Below are positions 30,530-41,243 of a stretch of 64,000 bases of DNA, one piece after another (position 1 is the stretch's first letter; every line of letters starts with the position of its first letter). The stretch lies in the NCBI GenBank assembly GCA_012520995.1, contig JAAYNI010000010.1, forward strand, positions 7,671 through 71,670, given 5' to 3'. The notes under the pieces are model-generated. The model did not search any database, was not told the origin of the DNA, and saw nothing but the letters and a program-made list of their open reading frames with translations. The translations under genes and the position numbers were made by a program. This stretch comes from Candidatus Rifleibacteriota bacterium (GTDB lineage: Bacteria; Muiribacteriota; Ozemobacteria; Ozemobacterales; Ozemobacteraceae).

Positions 30530-31962
30530 CGTGCACCGTCTTTGGTGTCTTCCACAAGAATACCCGCTTTATGGAGTTCATCTCTTATTTTATCGGCTAC
30601 TGCATAGTTTTTGTTTTTCTTCATTTCTGAACGTATATCCAAAACCAAACTCATTATAGGCTCTAAATCAACTCCATAGCTTTCCTCTTCATATGCAGGC
30701 AGAATTCCGAGAAGTCCGTCAGCCCACTTCTCAAGCAAGGATATAACAGCAACTGCGCCCTTTTTCCCTATCTGCCCTCCGTCAAAAAGTTTATTCACTT
30801 CTGAAGTGCAAGAATAAAGAATCGCTATAGAGCCTGGAGTATCCAGATTATTGTTCATACAGTCATTTATATCTTTATCAGCTTTCTCACAGATTTCTAA
30901 TAAGTTCTTGTCTCCGGAACCTTCTTCTTTGCCTTGAGCAGCTATTTCATGAGCTCGTCTGTTAAGATGATCCAAACGGGCAACGCCTGTAGCCATACCT
31001 TCGATAGCTTCTTCTGTATAATTGGAAGGCGAAGAGTAATGAGTGCTAAGCAAAAAGGCTCTAATTGCCTGCTTGGAGTGACGTGAAAGCAAGTCTTCAC
31101 AGGTTATAAAGTTGCCCAAGGATTTGCCCATTTTTATGCCGTCAACAGTGATCATGTTGTTATGAACCCAGTAGTTGCAGAATGGCACTTTGTGAATAGC
31201 TTCAGATTGAGCAATTTCGCATTCATGGTGAGGAAACTTATTTTCCAAGCCGCCGCCATGTATATCGAAATTAATTCCCAGATACTTGTTCGCCATAACA
31301 GAACATTCTATATGCCAACCAGGATAGCCTTTGCTCCAAGGAGAATCCCATTTTAAAATATGCTCAGGTTCGGCCTTTTTCCAGAGAGCGAAGTCGCCCG
31401 GATGTTTTTTATCGGTGTTCACGCTTATTCTTACGCCGTCTTTTTGTTCTTCCAGCTTGTTGCCTGAAAGCTTGCCATATTCAGGAAAGCTTTCAACCGA
31501 ATAATAAACACTGCCGTTTATTTCATAGGCATGCCCCGCATCTATAAGTTCTTTAATAGCATGTATTTGCTCCGGTATATGCTGACTTGCCCTTACATAA
31601 AAACTTGGATGAGCTATTCCAAGACGTTCCATATCCAGCATATATTGCCTGGTCCATTTGTCGACTATTTCCCAAGGATGAACCATGTCAATTCTTGCTT
31701 GACGCTCTATTTTGTCTTCACCCTCATCAGCATCATCTGTAAGATGCCCGACATCGGTAATATTCTGCACATACCTGACGTTGTAACCCGAAATGCGCAA
31801 AAACTTTGCTAAAATATCGAAAGTTATATAACTCTTGGCATGGCCAAGGTGGGGCGGCCCATAAACAGTGGGGCCGCAAACATACATACCGACATGCCCC
31901 TCTTTAACAGGTTTAAATTCTTCTATTTCTCTGCTCATTGAGTTATAAAGTTTAAGCGACAA
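30514..31962 (-). CDS. cysS: cysteine--tRNA ligase
   Basis: HIGH-type motif ([14 protein letters not shown]), KMSKS-type motif (KMGKS) and Zn ligands. Confidence 0.9.
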   Translation of the reverse strand: MSLKLYNSMSREIEEFKPVKEGHVGMYVCGPTVYGPPHLGHAKSYITFDILAKFLRISGYNVRYVQNITDVGHLTDDADEGEDKIERQARIDMVHPWEIVDKWTRQYMLDMERLGIAHPSFYVRASQHIPEQIHAIKELIDAGHAYEINGSVYYSVESFPEYGKLSGNKLEEQKDGVRISVNTDKKHPGDFALWKKAEPEHILKWDSPWSKGYPGWHIECSVMANKYLGINFDIHGGGLENKFPHHECEIAQSEAIHKVPFCNYWVHNNMITVDGIKMGKSLGNFITCEDLLSRHSKQAIRAFLLSTHYSSPSNYTEEAIEGMATGVARLDHLNRRAHEIAAQGKEEGSGDKNLLEICEKADKDINDCMNNNLDTPGSIAILYSCTSEVNKLFDGGQIGKKGAVAVISLLEKWADGLLGILPAYEEESYGVDLEPIMSLVLDIRSEMKKNKNYAVADKIRDELHKAGILVEDTKDGARWRKA

Positions 31963-31995
31963 GGTTCATGCCTCCTAATAATTTGTTATTTTCCC

Positions 31996-33825
31996 TTATT
32001 TCCCCCCAAAGTGGGTTTTGCCTTTTTTCCTGATTCTGATCGCTTCGGGCGTGATCTCAACCCACTCATCGTCAGCCACATATTCAAGTGATTCATCCAA
32101 TGTCATAATTCTCGGGGAAGGGAGTCTTTCAAGCTCTTCAGAAGTTGCAGATCTGTGGTTGGTGACATGGCGTTTTTTCACAATGTTTACATCAATATCC
32201 GATGATACAGGGCGCTCTCCGACTACAAGACCTTCATAAACGTCTTCTCCAGGGGTGTAAAACAAAGTGCCCCTTTCAGAAAGGTTTTTAATAGCATAAG
32301 CTGTGGTTTTGCCAGTATCCGTTGCTACCATAACGCCTTTTCTCAAGTTGGGAATATCGCCTCTATAAGGCTCATATTTGCTGAAAGTCTGACTCATAAC
32401 GCCAGTTCCGTTGGTAAGAGTCATAAAAGCCGATCTGAAGCCTAAAAGACCGCGAGACGGAACAGAAAACTTAAGCCTTAGATAATTGTCAGCCATAATT
32501 CTGCTGTCTAACATTACAGCACGTCTGGGACCAAGGTTTTCCATTATAGTGCCCATATAGGCTTCAGGAATATCTATTTCCAGATCTTCTATTGGCTCCA
32601 AAAGTTGACCGTTTTCATCTTTCTTGTAAATTGGCACAGGTTTGCTTACCTGAAGCTCATAACCTTCTCTGCGCATAGTTTCGATCAAAATACCCAAATG
32701 CAGTTCTCCGCGGCCTGAAACTATAAAGGTGTCGGAGCTGTCTTCAGCAACTTCCAGTCTCATTGCCACATTGGTCTCAAGCTCTTTTTCAAGGCGCGAA
32801 TATATTTGTCTGGAAGTCAGGTATTTGCTGTCCTTGCAGCGCCCTGAAAATGGGCTTGTGTTAGCTGCAAATGTCATAGAAATTACAGGCTGGTCAATCT
32901 CTATGACTGGCTCAGGATCACAGAGCTCACTCGCCAGAGTATCTCCTATTCTCAAGTCGTCAATACCGCAAACAGCTACTATATCGCCTGCTCCAGCTTG
33001 CTCTATCTCAACTCTCTGAACACCGCGGAAACCGTAAAGACGCAATATTTTGCATTTTTCGCTGACTGAGTCATGACGCATTTTAAAAATATCCGACTTA
33101 GTGTTAAAAACACCATTGATAATACGACCTATACCGATTCTGCCGACATAATCATTATAGTCAAGCGTGGTAATCTGCATCTTGGCTATACCTTCCAAAG
33201 ATCCCTTTGGCGGTTCCACATTTTCTATTATGCAATCAAGCAAAGGTATTATGCTGTCAGCTTCTTTAGCTTTTTTATAGTCTCTGGTTGCGTAGCCGGC
33301 TCGCCCTGAAGCATAAACTACCGGATAATCCAATGTATCATCGTTAACAGAAAGCTCCATAAAAAGTTCAAGCACTTCGTCTTCAACTGCTTCAACTCTC
33401 GCGTCAGGTCTGTCAATTTTGTTGATAACAACAATAGGTTTCAAGCCTGTCTCCAAAGCTTTCTTAAGCACAAATCTGGTCTGGGGCATAGGGCCTTCAA
33501 AAGCGTCGACCAAGAGAAAACAACCGTTTGCCATTTTTAAAACTCTCTCAACTTCTCCGCCAAAATCCACGTGTCCTGGCGTGTCTATCAAGTTGATTCT
33601 ATAACCGTTATATTCCAAAGAAAGGTTTTTGGACAAAATCGTTATTCCGCGCTCTTTTTCAAGATCATTGCTGTCCATAAAGCGATCTTCTACAAGCCGG
33701 CTATCTCTGAACAAACCCGATTGCTTTATCATAGCGTCGACCAAAGTGGTTTTGCCATGGTCTACGTGCGCTATTATGGCAAGGTTTCTTATACTTTCAG
33801 GATTCATGATGTGTCTGTTTGCCAT
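31996..33825 (-). CDS. typA: translational GTPase TypA/BipA
   Basis: The N-terminus [19 protein letters not shown] and an EF-G-like domain order. Length is 609 aa. Confidence 0.9.
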   Translation of the reverse strand: MANRHIMNPESIRNLAIIAHVDHGKTTLVDAMIKQSGLFRDSRLVEDRFMDSNDLEKERGITILSKNLSLEYNGYRINLIDTPGHVDFGGEVERVLKMANGCFLLVDAFEGPMPQTRFVLKKALETGLKPIVVINKIDRPDARVEAVEDEVLELFMELSVNDDTLDYPVVYASGRAGYATRDYKKAKEADSIIPLLDCIIENVEPPKGSLEGIAKMQITTLDYNDYVGRIGIGRIINGVFNTKSDIFKMRHDSVSEKCKILRLYGFRGVQRVEIEQAGAGDIVAVCGIDDLRIGDTLASELCDPEPVIEIDQPVISMTFAANTSPFSGRCKDSKYLTSRQIYSRLEKELETNVAMRLEVAEDSSDTFIVSGRGELHLGILIETMRREGYELQVSKPVPIYKKDENGQLLEPIEDLEIDIPEAYMGTIMENLGPRRAVMLDSRIMADNYLRLKFSVPSRGLLGFRSAFMTLTNGTGVMSQTFSKYEPYRGDIPNLRKGVMVATDTGKTTAYAIKNLSERGTLFYTPGEDVYEGLVVGERPVSSDIDVNIVKKRHVTNHRSATSEELERLPSPRIMTLDESLEYVADDEWVEITPEAIRIRKKGKTHFGGK

Positions 33826-33921
33826 GTCTTACCCCGTATCTTTAAAAGCTGTGTATTATGCAAGCGGCAGCAGTCTAATACAAGAAAGCAGCCACTTGCA
33901 AGAGATTTATTTGTTATGCGT

Positions 33922-35442
33922 TTATAAATTAATGGGTTTATATTGTTCAAAAAGTTTTTTGTCGAAGGCTCTCATGTAGGCTTCAACAGGAGCTATTCTC
34001 CTTTGCTTGACCAAGTCCATCAAAGACTGATCCATCGTTTGCATTCCTTGTTGCTTGCTGGTTTGCATAATTGAGTTCAGCTGATATGTTTTATTGTCTC
34101 TGATACAGTTTGCAACCGCAGGAATGTTTATAAGTATTTCCAAAGCTGCGACTCGGGAAGATCCGTCAAGAGCAGGAATCAACTGCTGAGCTAAAATAGC
34201 ATTTAGCGAATCAGCTAGTTGAGTTCTTATTTGGCTCTGCTGACTTCCCGGGAAAACGTCTACTATTCTTTCAATTGACTGAGGCGCAGAAGGGGTGTGC
34301 AAAGTAGCAAAAACTAGGTGTCCAGTCTCAGCTGCCGTTACAGTCAAAGCTATAGTTTCAAAGTCACGCATTTCGCCCACCAATATTACGTCAGGGTCTT
34401 CGCGCAAGGAAGCTCTTAGAGCATTGCTAAAGTTTTTGGTAGTGCTTCCTACTTCACGCTGACTAACCAAACATTTATTATGAGAATGCACAAACTCAAT
34501 CGGATGCTCAATAGTTATTATATGCTCCTGACGTTCTTTATTAATCAGATCAATCATAGCTGCAAGAGTAGTGGATTTGCCTGAACCTGTCGGACCTGTT
34601 ACAAGCATAAGTCCCTTTTTCCTTCGGGTCAAATCTGCCAGCACAGGAGGCATGCCAAGTTCCTGCAGACTCTTTATTATGTTAGGAATAACTCTGAAAA
34701 CTGCGCCTAAGCCCAACCGCGTGTAAAAAACATTACAGCGAAAGCGTGCCAAGCCATGAATTTCATAAGCCATATCGAGCTCAAGAGTATCTTCCAGTTC
34801 TTCTTTCTGTTCGTTTGTCAAAAAGTTAAAAAGCATTCCTTTAACGTCTGAATCATTCATCACAGGCAAGTCTGTTGCCCAAAGCTTGCCTTGCAAACGA
34901 AGCATAGGAGGAGCGCCAACCGCTATGTGCAAGTCGGAACCGGCTTCAGCGACTACCATCTGCAAAAGATCGTCAATAGTTACTACGGCTTCGCCTCCGC
35001 TGGCACCGTCTTTCTCTGCACCGTAGGTAACGTTGCTTTTACCATCTAAAACCTTGCGAGTGCTAAGAGCAGAGGAGCCTCCCGCACGTCTTGCAGGAGC
35101 CTGTATGGTCGGATAGCCCTGAGCCGTTGCAGGTCTTGCAGGAGCCTGTATGGTCGGATAGCCCTGAGCCGTTGCAGGTCTTGCGGGTTGCAATGGTCTT
35201 CCCGCTTGAGCCGGCATAGGTCTATTAGGAGCAGCAGCAGCCGGTCTTGCGCCTTGAGAAGGAACAGAAGTTGCCGGCGCAGGTCTTCTAGGCGTTATAC
35301 TCTGCGGAGCCAAATTAGCAAGGTCATCAAAATTTGGCGTTGCCTGTATGGCTGGTCTCTGCTGCGAGTTCGCCTGTACATCCGTTTGGGGATCTTTTCT
35401 TTCTTCCTTCGAACCGAAGAATTTTCCTATAATATTATCCAT
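33922..35442 (-). CDS. pilT: type IV pilus retraction ATPase PilT with a roughly 180-aa Pro/Ala-rich N-terminal extension
   Basis: Walker A GPTGSGKSTT, LHTPSAPQSIERIVD, and the PilT-specific ...NCIRDNKTYQLNSIMQTSKQQGMQTMDQSL. The N-terminal 180 aa are low complexity. Confidence 0.8.
   Translation of the reverse strand: MDNIIGKFFGSKEERKDPQTDVQANSQQRPAIQATPNFDDLANLAPQSITPRRPAPATSVPSQGARPAAAAPNRPMPAQAGRPLQPARPATAQGYPTIQAPARPATAQGYPTIQAPARRAGGSSALSTRKVLDGKSNVTYGAEKDGASGGEAVVTIDDLLQMVVAEAGSDLHIAVGAPPMLRLQGKLWATDLPVMNDSDVKGMLFNFLTNEQKEELEDTLELDMAYEIHGLARFRCNVFYTRLGLGAVFRVIPNIIKSLQELGMPPVLADLTRRKKGLMLVTGPTGSGKSTTLAAMIDLINKERQEHIITIEHPIEFVHSHNKCLVSQREVGSTTKNFSNALRASLREDPDVILVGEMRDFETIALTVTAAETGHLVFATLHTPSAPQSIERIVDVFPGSQQSQIRTQLADSLNAILAQQLIPALDGSSRVAALEILINIPAVANCIRDNKTYQLNSIMQTSKQQGMQTMDQSLMDLVKQRRIAPVEAYMRAFDKKLFEQYKPINL
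35089..35178. repeat. exact 45-bp tandem duplication (2 units) inside the pilT N-terminal extension
   Basis: The unit tcttgcaggagcctgtatggtcggatagccctgagccgttgcagg occurs twice with 100% identity and encodes PATAQGYPTIQAPAR twice. Confidence 0.9.
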
Positions 35443-35445
35443 CTT

Positions 35446-37101
35446 TTAAAATTGCCTCATGAATTCTTTTGGGGCTATTTCTCCATCCAAGAGAAGTTGC
35501 AAAGCTTGTTCTTCACAACTGCGTATACCTTGTCTTGCTCCATATTCCTTGAGTTTGGAATAGTCGGGAGATTCTATAATAAGTTCTGTCAACTCACTAT
35601 TTATGGGGTAATACTCCAGCAACATCTTTTTGCGCAAATTGCCGGTTGAATTACACTGGGGACAGCCAGTCGGTTCATAAAGTTTGTGTTCCCAATAGTG
35701 TTCAGGCAAATATTTTTTAAGCTCATCCGGAAATTCCACAGGCTTTTTGCAAGCCGGACAAAGAGTTCGCACTAGGCGCTGGTGAGCAAAGCCGCACAAG
35801 GATGAAGCTAAAAGACGGGGATCCACAACTTCCAAGAGTCTGATAACTGAATCACAGGCATCAACCGCTGACAAACTTATAACAACTGTTTTACCGCCTG
35901 CCGCAGAATACGCCAAAAGTTCACAAGAATCGGCATTGTCCTCACAGTCAAGCATTATTACGTCTGCATCTAACTTAACAGCAAGTTTTACTGCATCGTG
36001 AGTTTCGCTGAAACCGTCCGTGCCCACTTTAAGCTGAGTTACCATTGGAACAATAGACTCTATATTCTTTTCTATAGTAACAATCTTGCTGGCCGTAACA
36101 TCAAACTTTTTCAAAAGAATATGCTGAGTTACAGTTTTCCCGGATTCTCCAGGCCCGCTAAGATAAAGAACGCCGCTATTGGCTAAGAGACTTTCCCCCA
36201 AGAGATCAATAGCTTCCCTTGAGGAAGGATCCATGGTATTTACAACATTCTCGACATCTGAAATGCTAATTATGAGACTCTCACTCTCAGCACCTGGATA
36301 AAACATGCAACTGAGATAGGCTCGTTTACCGCTGTTGCTGGACACAACTCTGAAGTGTCCTGAAAGCACTGATTCTGCAGCATCTTCAGGAATATTGGAA
36401 AGCTTTTTCACTCTCTGTAAAATTTCTGAATGAAGCTTAAGGGGAATTTCCAGTTTGGTCATAAGAACGCCATGCTTCCTAAAACGCACAGCAACATTAT
36501 CATCCGATGTTTCAAAATGTATTTTTTCAACCGAAGATGCAAGAGCGTTTGAAAGAATATAGTTCAAAACCTTGTCGGGAGTCTGCAGGTCTTTTTCTGA
36601 TTCAGCATGCATATCTCCTTCACCCAAGGCTTCAATTTGAGGCGGCATGTCTCCATTAGCACTTGCAGACTGTCCATAAAGAAGCGGATAAACAGCTTCA
36701 AAGTCTTTGGCTTTAGCTATAGAAACAGAAACATTAACAGAATATTTTTTTTCCAAATACTCTATTGGCCTGGAATCCAGGGGGTCTGTCATGCAAACAT
36801 TTAACTGATTGCCTGCTCTGTAAAGAGGTATTATGCGATATTGCAAAGCAAACTCAGGGCTAATCATAGGCACAACTTCAGGATCTATTATATCCATGTT
36901 GAGATGTATACATGATAAATTAAGTTGATTGCCTAGCGCCCATATGATGTCATCTTCTGTGACAAAACCAAGCTCTATAAGAGCCTCGCCAAGTCTTATG
37001 TCGTTGGCTTTCTGGTATTTAAGAGCCTCAGCGACCTGTTCGGCCGTTATAAGATTACAGTCTGTCAATATATCGCCTAAGCGTTTTTTTTCGACTGTCA
37101 T
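35446..37101 (-). CDS. type IV pilus assembly / type II secretion ATPase (PilB/GspE family)
   Basis: N-terminal T2SSE_N-like domain (LGDILTDCNLITAEQVAEALKYQ...), a variant Walker A GPGESGKT, and a C-terminal tetracysteine CPAC...CPQC. Confidence 0.8.
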   Translation of the reverse strand: MTVEKKRLGDILTDCNLITAEQVAEALKYQKANDIRLGEALIELGFVTEDDIIWALGNQLNLSCIHLNMDIIDPEVVPMISPEFALQYRIIPLYRAGNQLNVCMTDPLDSRPIEYLEKKYSVNVSVSIAKAKDFEAVYPLLYGQSASANGDMPPQIEALGEGDMHAESEKDLQTPDKVLNYILSNALASSVEKIHFETSDDNVAVRFRKHGVLMTKLEIPLKLHSEILQRVKKLSNIPEDAAESVLSGHFRVVSSNSGKRAYLSCMFYPGAESESLIISISDVENVVNTMDPSSREAIDLLGESLLANSGVLYLSGPGESGKTVTQHILLKKFDVTASKIVTIEKNIESIVPMVTQLKVGTDGFSETHDAVKLAVKLDADVIMLDCEDNADSCELLAYSAAGGKTVVISLSAVDACDSVIRLLEVVDPRLLASSLCGFAHQRLVRTLCPACKKPVEFPDELKKYLPEHYWEHKLYEPTGCPQCNSTGNLRKKMLLEYYPINSELTELIIESPDYSKLKEYGARQGIRSCEEQALQLLLDGEIAPKEFMRQF

Positions 37102-37173
37102 GACAGCTTTTTCCCCTCCAAAGTGTTTTCTTGTTGTTTTAGCGTTTCCTCAAGATGATACCATAAAATCAGC

Positions 37174-37202
37174 ACAAAAAAACCGCCATTTAGGCGGTTT
37201 CA
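37174..37202 (-). terminator. rho-independent terminator of the HU gene
   Basis: Hairpin aaccgcc attt aggcggtt followed, on the minus strand, by U7. Confidence 0.65.
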
Positions 37203-37227
37203 TGATTTTAATTTTAAAAAGGAAACT

Positions 37228-37545
37228 TTATTTTTTCTTTGCGGTTTTTTTCTTGCCTTTGTCAGCACCGCCGCTATTTACAAGTTCTTTGAGTTCTTTG
37301 CCAGGAACAAATTTTGCAACCTTGGAAGCCGGTATTTTGATGGCTTTCTTGGTCTGGGGATTGATTCCCATTCTGGCTTTTCTTTCTGTTACTTTGAAAG
37401 AGCCAAAGCCTACAAGGCGAACGTCTTCCTGATTTTTGAGACTCTGCTTGATAATCTCAAGGGTGGCATTGAGAGCGTCTGCAGCTTTGGTTTGGGTTAA
37501 ATCTGCTGCTTTTGCTATTTCGCGAACCAGATCAGCTTTTTTCAT
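37228..37545 (-). CDS. hup: HU family DNA-binding protein with a Lys-rich C-terminal tail
   Basis: MKKADLVREIAK...GFGSFKVTERKARMGINPQTKKAIKIPA plus a GKKKTAKKK tail. Confidence 0.85.
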   Translation of the reverse strand: MKKADLVREIAKAADLTQTKAADALNATLEIIKQSLKNQEDVRLVGFGSFKVTERKARMGINPQTKKAIKIPASKVAKFVPGKELKELVNSGGADKGKKKTAKKK

Positions 37546-37659
37546 TAAGTATCCTCCATTAATTCAAGGAAAGTAAAAGATAGGTCTACAGAAAGCTTAG
37601 CAACTAAGAGCGTTAATTGTCAATATTTTTAGAATAAAAAACACGAAAACCATGTAAAT

Positions 37660-38385
37660 ATGTTATCTTCAGCTACTAAAATGAAAAGCAATAATCAAAA
37701 TATAGGCGGCATAGCCGTCGAAATTATAAAAAAGAAAAAACTGAAAAATCTCTATATCAGAATTGTCCCACCTGACGGCAAAGTAAGAGTAACTGCTCCT
37801 ATAAAGTTTCCAGACAAAGAAATAAAACTATTAATTTTAAGAAAACTGCAACGCATAAACGCTGCCAGAGAATGTATAATAGCCCAATCACGACAAACTG
37901 AACGAGAATATACTTCTGGAGAAATCCATTATCTATGGGGCAACCCCTATGTATTAGAAGTCATAAATGGACAAAGAACATACCAATTAGAATTAGAAAA
38001 AGAACTCTGCAGAATCATATTCAAAGTGCCTGCAAATGCTACTAAAGAATCCAAAGAGAAAGCCTTCAACAACTGGTACAGACAAAAGCTTAAAAGAGCT
38101 ATAGACTCCTTGGCAAAGCAAATTGAGGAAAAAATGGGCATATCAGCAAACGAGTATCATGTGAAAAACATGAAAACCAGATGGGGAACCTGCAACATCA
38201 CCAAACGAAGAATCTGGATTAACCTGCAACTTGCTAAAAAGCCTATAGAATGCCTTGAATATATAATCACTCACGAACTGGCTCACTTGCTGGAGAAGAA
38301 TCACAATAAAGGATTTTATACCATTGTCGAAAAGTTTTGTCCGACATGGAAAGAAGCCGAAAAAAAGCTGAAACAACTTAACTAG
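37660..38385 (+). CDS. YgjP/DUF45-family (M48-like, SprT-like) metal-dependent hydrolase
   Basis: C-terminal WGTC...ITHELAHLLEKNH (HExxH) pattern typical of DUF45. Confidence 0.7.
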   Translation: MLSSATKMKSNNQNIGGIAVEIIKKKKLKNLYIRIVPPDGKVRVTAPIKFPDKEIKLLILRKLQRINAARECIIAQSRQTEREYTSGEIHYLWGNPYVLEVINGQRTYQLELEKELCRIIFKVPANATKESKEKAFNNWYRQKLKRAIDSLAKQIEEKMGISANEYHVKNMKTRWGTCNITKRRIWINLQLAKKPIECLEYIITHELAHLLEKNHNKGFYTIVEKFCPTWKEAEKKLKQLN

Positions 38386-38686
38386 TGCTTTGTTTTGTCT
38401 AAAACTTCTCTATTCAATGACAAGCAGTCAACATGGACTATTCATGGTTATTTGATGCAACAATCGCACTAGAGGGAGTAGGAGATAGAAAGGGCAAAAC
38501 CCAAGACACAGGCAGAAACTGCAGAAAAGACTAAAAGATTTATTTCTAATTTATACTTTATAATTTCTAATTTAATTAAACTCGCCGCCCGCCACGCACC
38601 ACTCAGCACAGTGCGATCTTATAAGCGGATATTGTCCTGTGAATTTTGAAAGGCTGACAGGAAAGTTTTAGATATTACAAAGCACT
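38385..38686. mobile_element. MITE-like non-autonomous element (copy A) with 23-bp imperfect terminal inverted repeats flanked by TA
   Basis: The left end is TA-gtgctttgttttgtctaaaactt; the right end is aagttttagatattacaaagcac-TA (20 of 23 match). It exactly fills the interval between the stop codons of two convergent genes. The interior carries modules shared with 40856-40925, 57467-57655 and 61427-61775. Confidence 0.5.
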
Positions 38687-39173
38687 AAAAGTAGTTCAAG
38701 TCTTCGCGTTTTACTTTGGAAAAAATATAAGTCGAAGACTGATCGGTAATCAGCAAGAAAATGCCTGCAAGAAATTTGTATTCCACAATATAGGAATCTC
38801 CTTTATCGGGAAAAAAACGCAAAGCGTTTTCAGAGAGCAACTCATAATAACCTGATTCTGGCAAAGCCTTGTAATCAACTTTCTTGTTCTTAAAAAAGGT
38901 CAAGGAATAACTTCTATCTTCTTTAAGGGATAAAACAGGATAATTTCCTTCCTCGTTTGGGCTTATTACATAGACATAAGTTCCAGAATCGATATTGTCT
39001 TCTTTTTCCAGTAAATGCCATTCACCCAGAAGATTAAGAAAGAGGGCTCTGTCAACTTCTTCAGCTCCATCAGCTGCAAAAGGCAAGAAGGAAGTAAAAA
39101 CAAGCAAAACAGAAATAAAAAGAGAAAATATTTTTATCCGCACAAAATCCTCCAAGCACCTTTTTAAGCACAA
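38685..39173 (-). CDS. secreted hypothetical protein
   Basis: 162 aa with a signal peptide (FSLFISVLLVFTSFLPFAADGAEE). Confidence 0.5.
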   Translation of the reverse strand: MCLKRCLEDFVRIKIFSLFISVLLVFTSFLPFAADGAEEVDRALFLNLLGEWHLLEKEDNIDSGTYVYVISPNEEGNYPVLSLKEDRSYSLTFFKNKKVDYKALPESGYYELLSENALRFFPDKGDSYIVEYKFLAGIFLLITDQSSTYIFSKVKREDLNYF

Positions 39174-39233
39174 AGTGCACTCACTTACAGCCTAGAAGCA
39201 AACTTTATATTATTAAAGCTCGTCAGCAGCTGC

Positions 39234-39788
39234 TTATTGCGTTGTCATTGTTTTTCGGAAAACAAAAAACTCCTCAAAGGGATCACTGTCGCCAGGGTTA
39301 GGATCCGGGTGTTTTTCATTGTAGAACTCTACTATGCTAAAGCCGCATTTATTCACATAAATATGTATATTTCTTTTGTCAAAATATGGCGTGCCTGTTT
39401 CCCAGACTTTTGTTTCCGGATGAAACTGCTTAATAGCATTCCAAATAGCCACGCCGACTCCCTTATTCTGGAGACCGTATTTAACAAAAAGGAAGGCTAA
39501 ATAATTGTGCTGAGTCTCCTTATTGATTACTACAATAGCTCCGCCTTTCATTTCTCCATCAACCAAAGCTTTATAAGCAATCGAGCCTTCTCTGGCCAAA
39601 GACTGGTCTATTTCTTTTTCAGTCAGCACTATTCTTTCTGTAGCTGCATAATATTCTTCGTATCTTTTTTGAAACGACTCCTGCATTTTAGTTTTGAAGT
39701 CGTTTATTTCTGTTTCTTCAACAGGAACTAATAAAAAGTTCACATCCTTACTTAATTCCATAGAACCATTACCCTGCCTTGCCCACAA
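39234..39788 (-). CDS. GNAT-family N-acetyltransferase
   Basis: Acetyl-CoA-binding motif region (LFVKYGLQNKGVGVAIWNAI). Confidence 0.6.
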   Translation of the reverse strand: MWARQGNGSMELSKDVNFLLVPVEETEINDFKTKMQESFQKRYEEYYAATERIVLTEKEIDQSLAREGSIAYKALVDGEMKGGAIVVINKETQHNYLAFLFVKYGLQNKGVGVAIWNAIKQFHPETKVWETGTPYFDKRNIHIYVNKCGFSIVEFYNEKHPDPNPGDSDPFEEFFVFRKTMTTQ

Positions 39789-40791
39789 AAAGATAGACAG
39801 TATATGCTATATACGAAAGCAAGAGCAAAGAGCCTCCTAAACGGGAAATACGTTTTTGCTCGCCTTTAGTAAAATAAGACAAAAACAAAGCCAGAGTTAC
39901 AATCAACATAGCGGGAACGTCTCTTGTCAAAACGATTTTTTCAGCCTTAAAGGGGGCTATCATACCTGCAAATCCTACTACAGCCAGCAAGTTAAATATA
40001 CTTGAACCTACGATGTTGCCAACCGCTATGTCATCTTCCTTTTTGCGAGCCGCAACTACTGAAGAAGCAAGCTCAGGCAATGAAGTTCCCAGAGCAACTA
40101 CAGTGAGACCTATAACCAAATCGCTAATCCCAAAGATTTTCGCTATATCGGTAGCTCCACTTACAAGCATTCTGGCACTTACCATAAGCAAAAGCAAACC
40201 TGCAAATATCCAGAAAACCGATTTGCCCAAAGACATCTCAACCTGGGACTGAGAAGTTTCGCCTTCTTCTGACTCTGTATGTTCGGAAGCAAGAGAAGCA
40301 TCATCTGTTTTCACAGCCTCATCCGCCAGCTTTTTCTCTTTGAGAGCTGTCTTGATTTGATAACCTATTATGGCGAAAAAGACAATCAGCATAAGCAATG
40401 CATCAAGCCTTGAAAGATTTCCGTCTCTAATCAAAAAAGCAACAAATACGGTTGCAAGAGTCAAAACAGGCAATTCGAACTTCAAAATTGACCAGTTTAC
40501 GGAAACTGGACTAATCATAGCTGTGACACCCAATATCAAAGCTATATTGGCTATATTAGAGCCAAAAGCATTGCCAATACATATGCCAGGCTGTCCATTT
40601 AAGGCTCCCATTGCGGAAACTATAAATTCCGGAGCTGAAGTGCCGAAACCTACTATGATCATTCCAACCAGCAAAGAAGGCACATTAAAATGTTTGGCAA
40701 AAGCTGAAGACGCTGTTACAAATTTATCAGCTCCCCAAACCAATATTACTATACCGACAACAACTAATAAAACCGGAGAAAGAAGTTCCAC
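39769..40791 (-). CDS. Ca2+/cation antiporter, CaCA family (YrbG-like)
   Basis: Two alpha-repeat signatures (GTSAPEF and ALGTSLPELASS) and 10 or more TM segments. Confidence 0.8.
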   Translation of the reverse strand: MELLSPVLLVVVGIVILVWGADKFVTASSAFAKHFNVPSLLVGMIIVGFGTSAPEFIVSAMGALNGQPGICIGNAFGSNIANIALILGVTAMISPVSVNWSILKFELPVLTLATVFVAFLIRDGNLSRLDALLMLIVFFAIIGYQIKTALKEKKLADEAVKTDDASLASEHTESEEGETSQSQVEMSLGKSVFWIFAGLLLLMVSARMLVSGATDIAKIFGISDLVIGLTVVALGTSLPELASSVVAARKKEDDIAVGNIVGSSIFNLLAVVGFAGMIAPFKAEKIVLTRDVPAMLIVTLALFLSYFTKGEQKRISRLGGSLLLLSYIAYTVYLFVGKAG

Positions 40792-40855
40792 GCTGTACCT
40801 CCGCTGAGATTCATCATGTTATGATATAGCACCTATCCGCCGCGCAAGCAATAAA

Positions 40856-40925
40856 ATTAGTGGCGGGTGGGAGTGGCGAGTTTAACTAAATTAGAAATTA
40901 TAAAGTATAAATTAGAAATGAATGT
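40856..40925. repeat. partial copy (copy C) of the MITE-like family: the internal module only
   Basis: tagtggcgggtgggagtggcgagtttaactaaattagaaattataaagtataaattagaaatgaat is nearly identical to the reverse complement of 38541-38607. Confidence 0.6.
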
Positions 40926-41243
40926 TTAGACTCAATTGCTAAATTGATAATTTCTCTAAGGTGCTAATAAATCATCGTTTAAAAGAAAGCAATTTGAGCA
41001 AAAACCATCTTAGTTTTTGCGGAGTCGATCATTCAAAGCAATACAGAGCAAATTTATTTGCTCTTTCTGGCGATTGTTAGAGATAAAGCGACATTAGATT
41101 CTATAGAAGATAATGTTATGTTCGTTTGCTTCTTAATCTGTGGATAGAACGGCTGTTCCAGATGTTTTAGCAGCTTTTCCGTGCATTCTGTGTGTTCTGT
41201 GGTTCCAAAAGGTTTTTAGTTCGTGTTTTCGTGTGGTTCGTGG

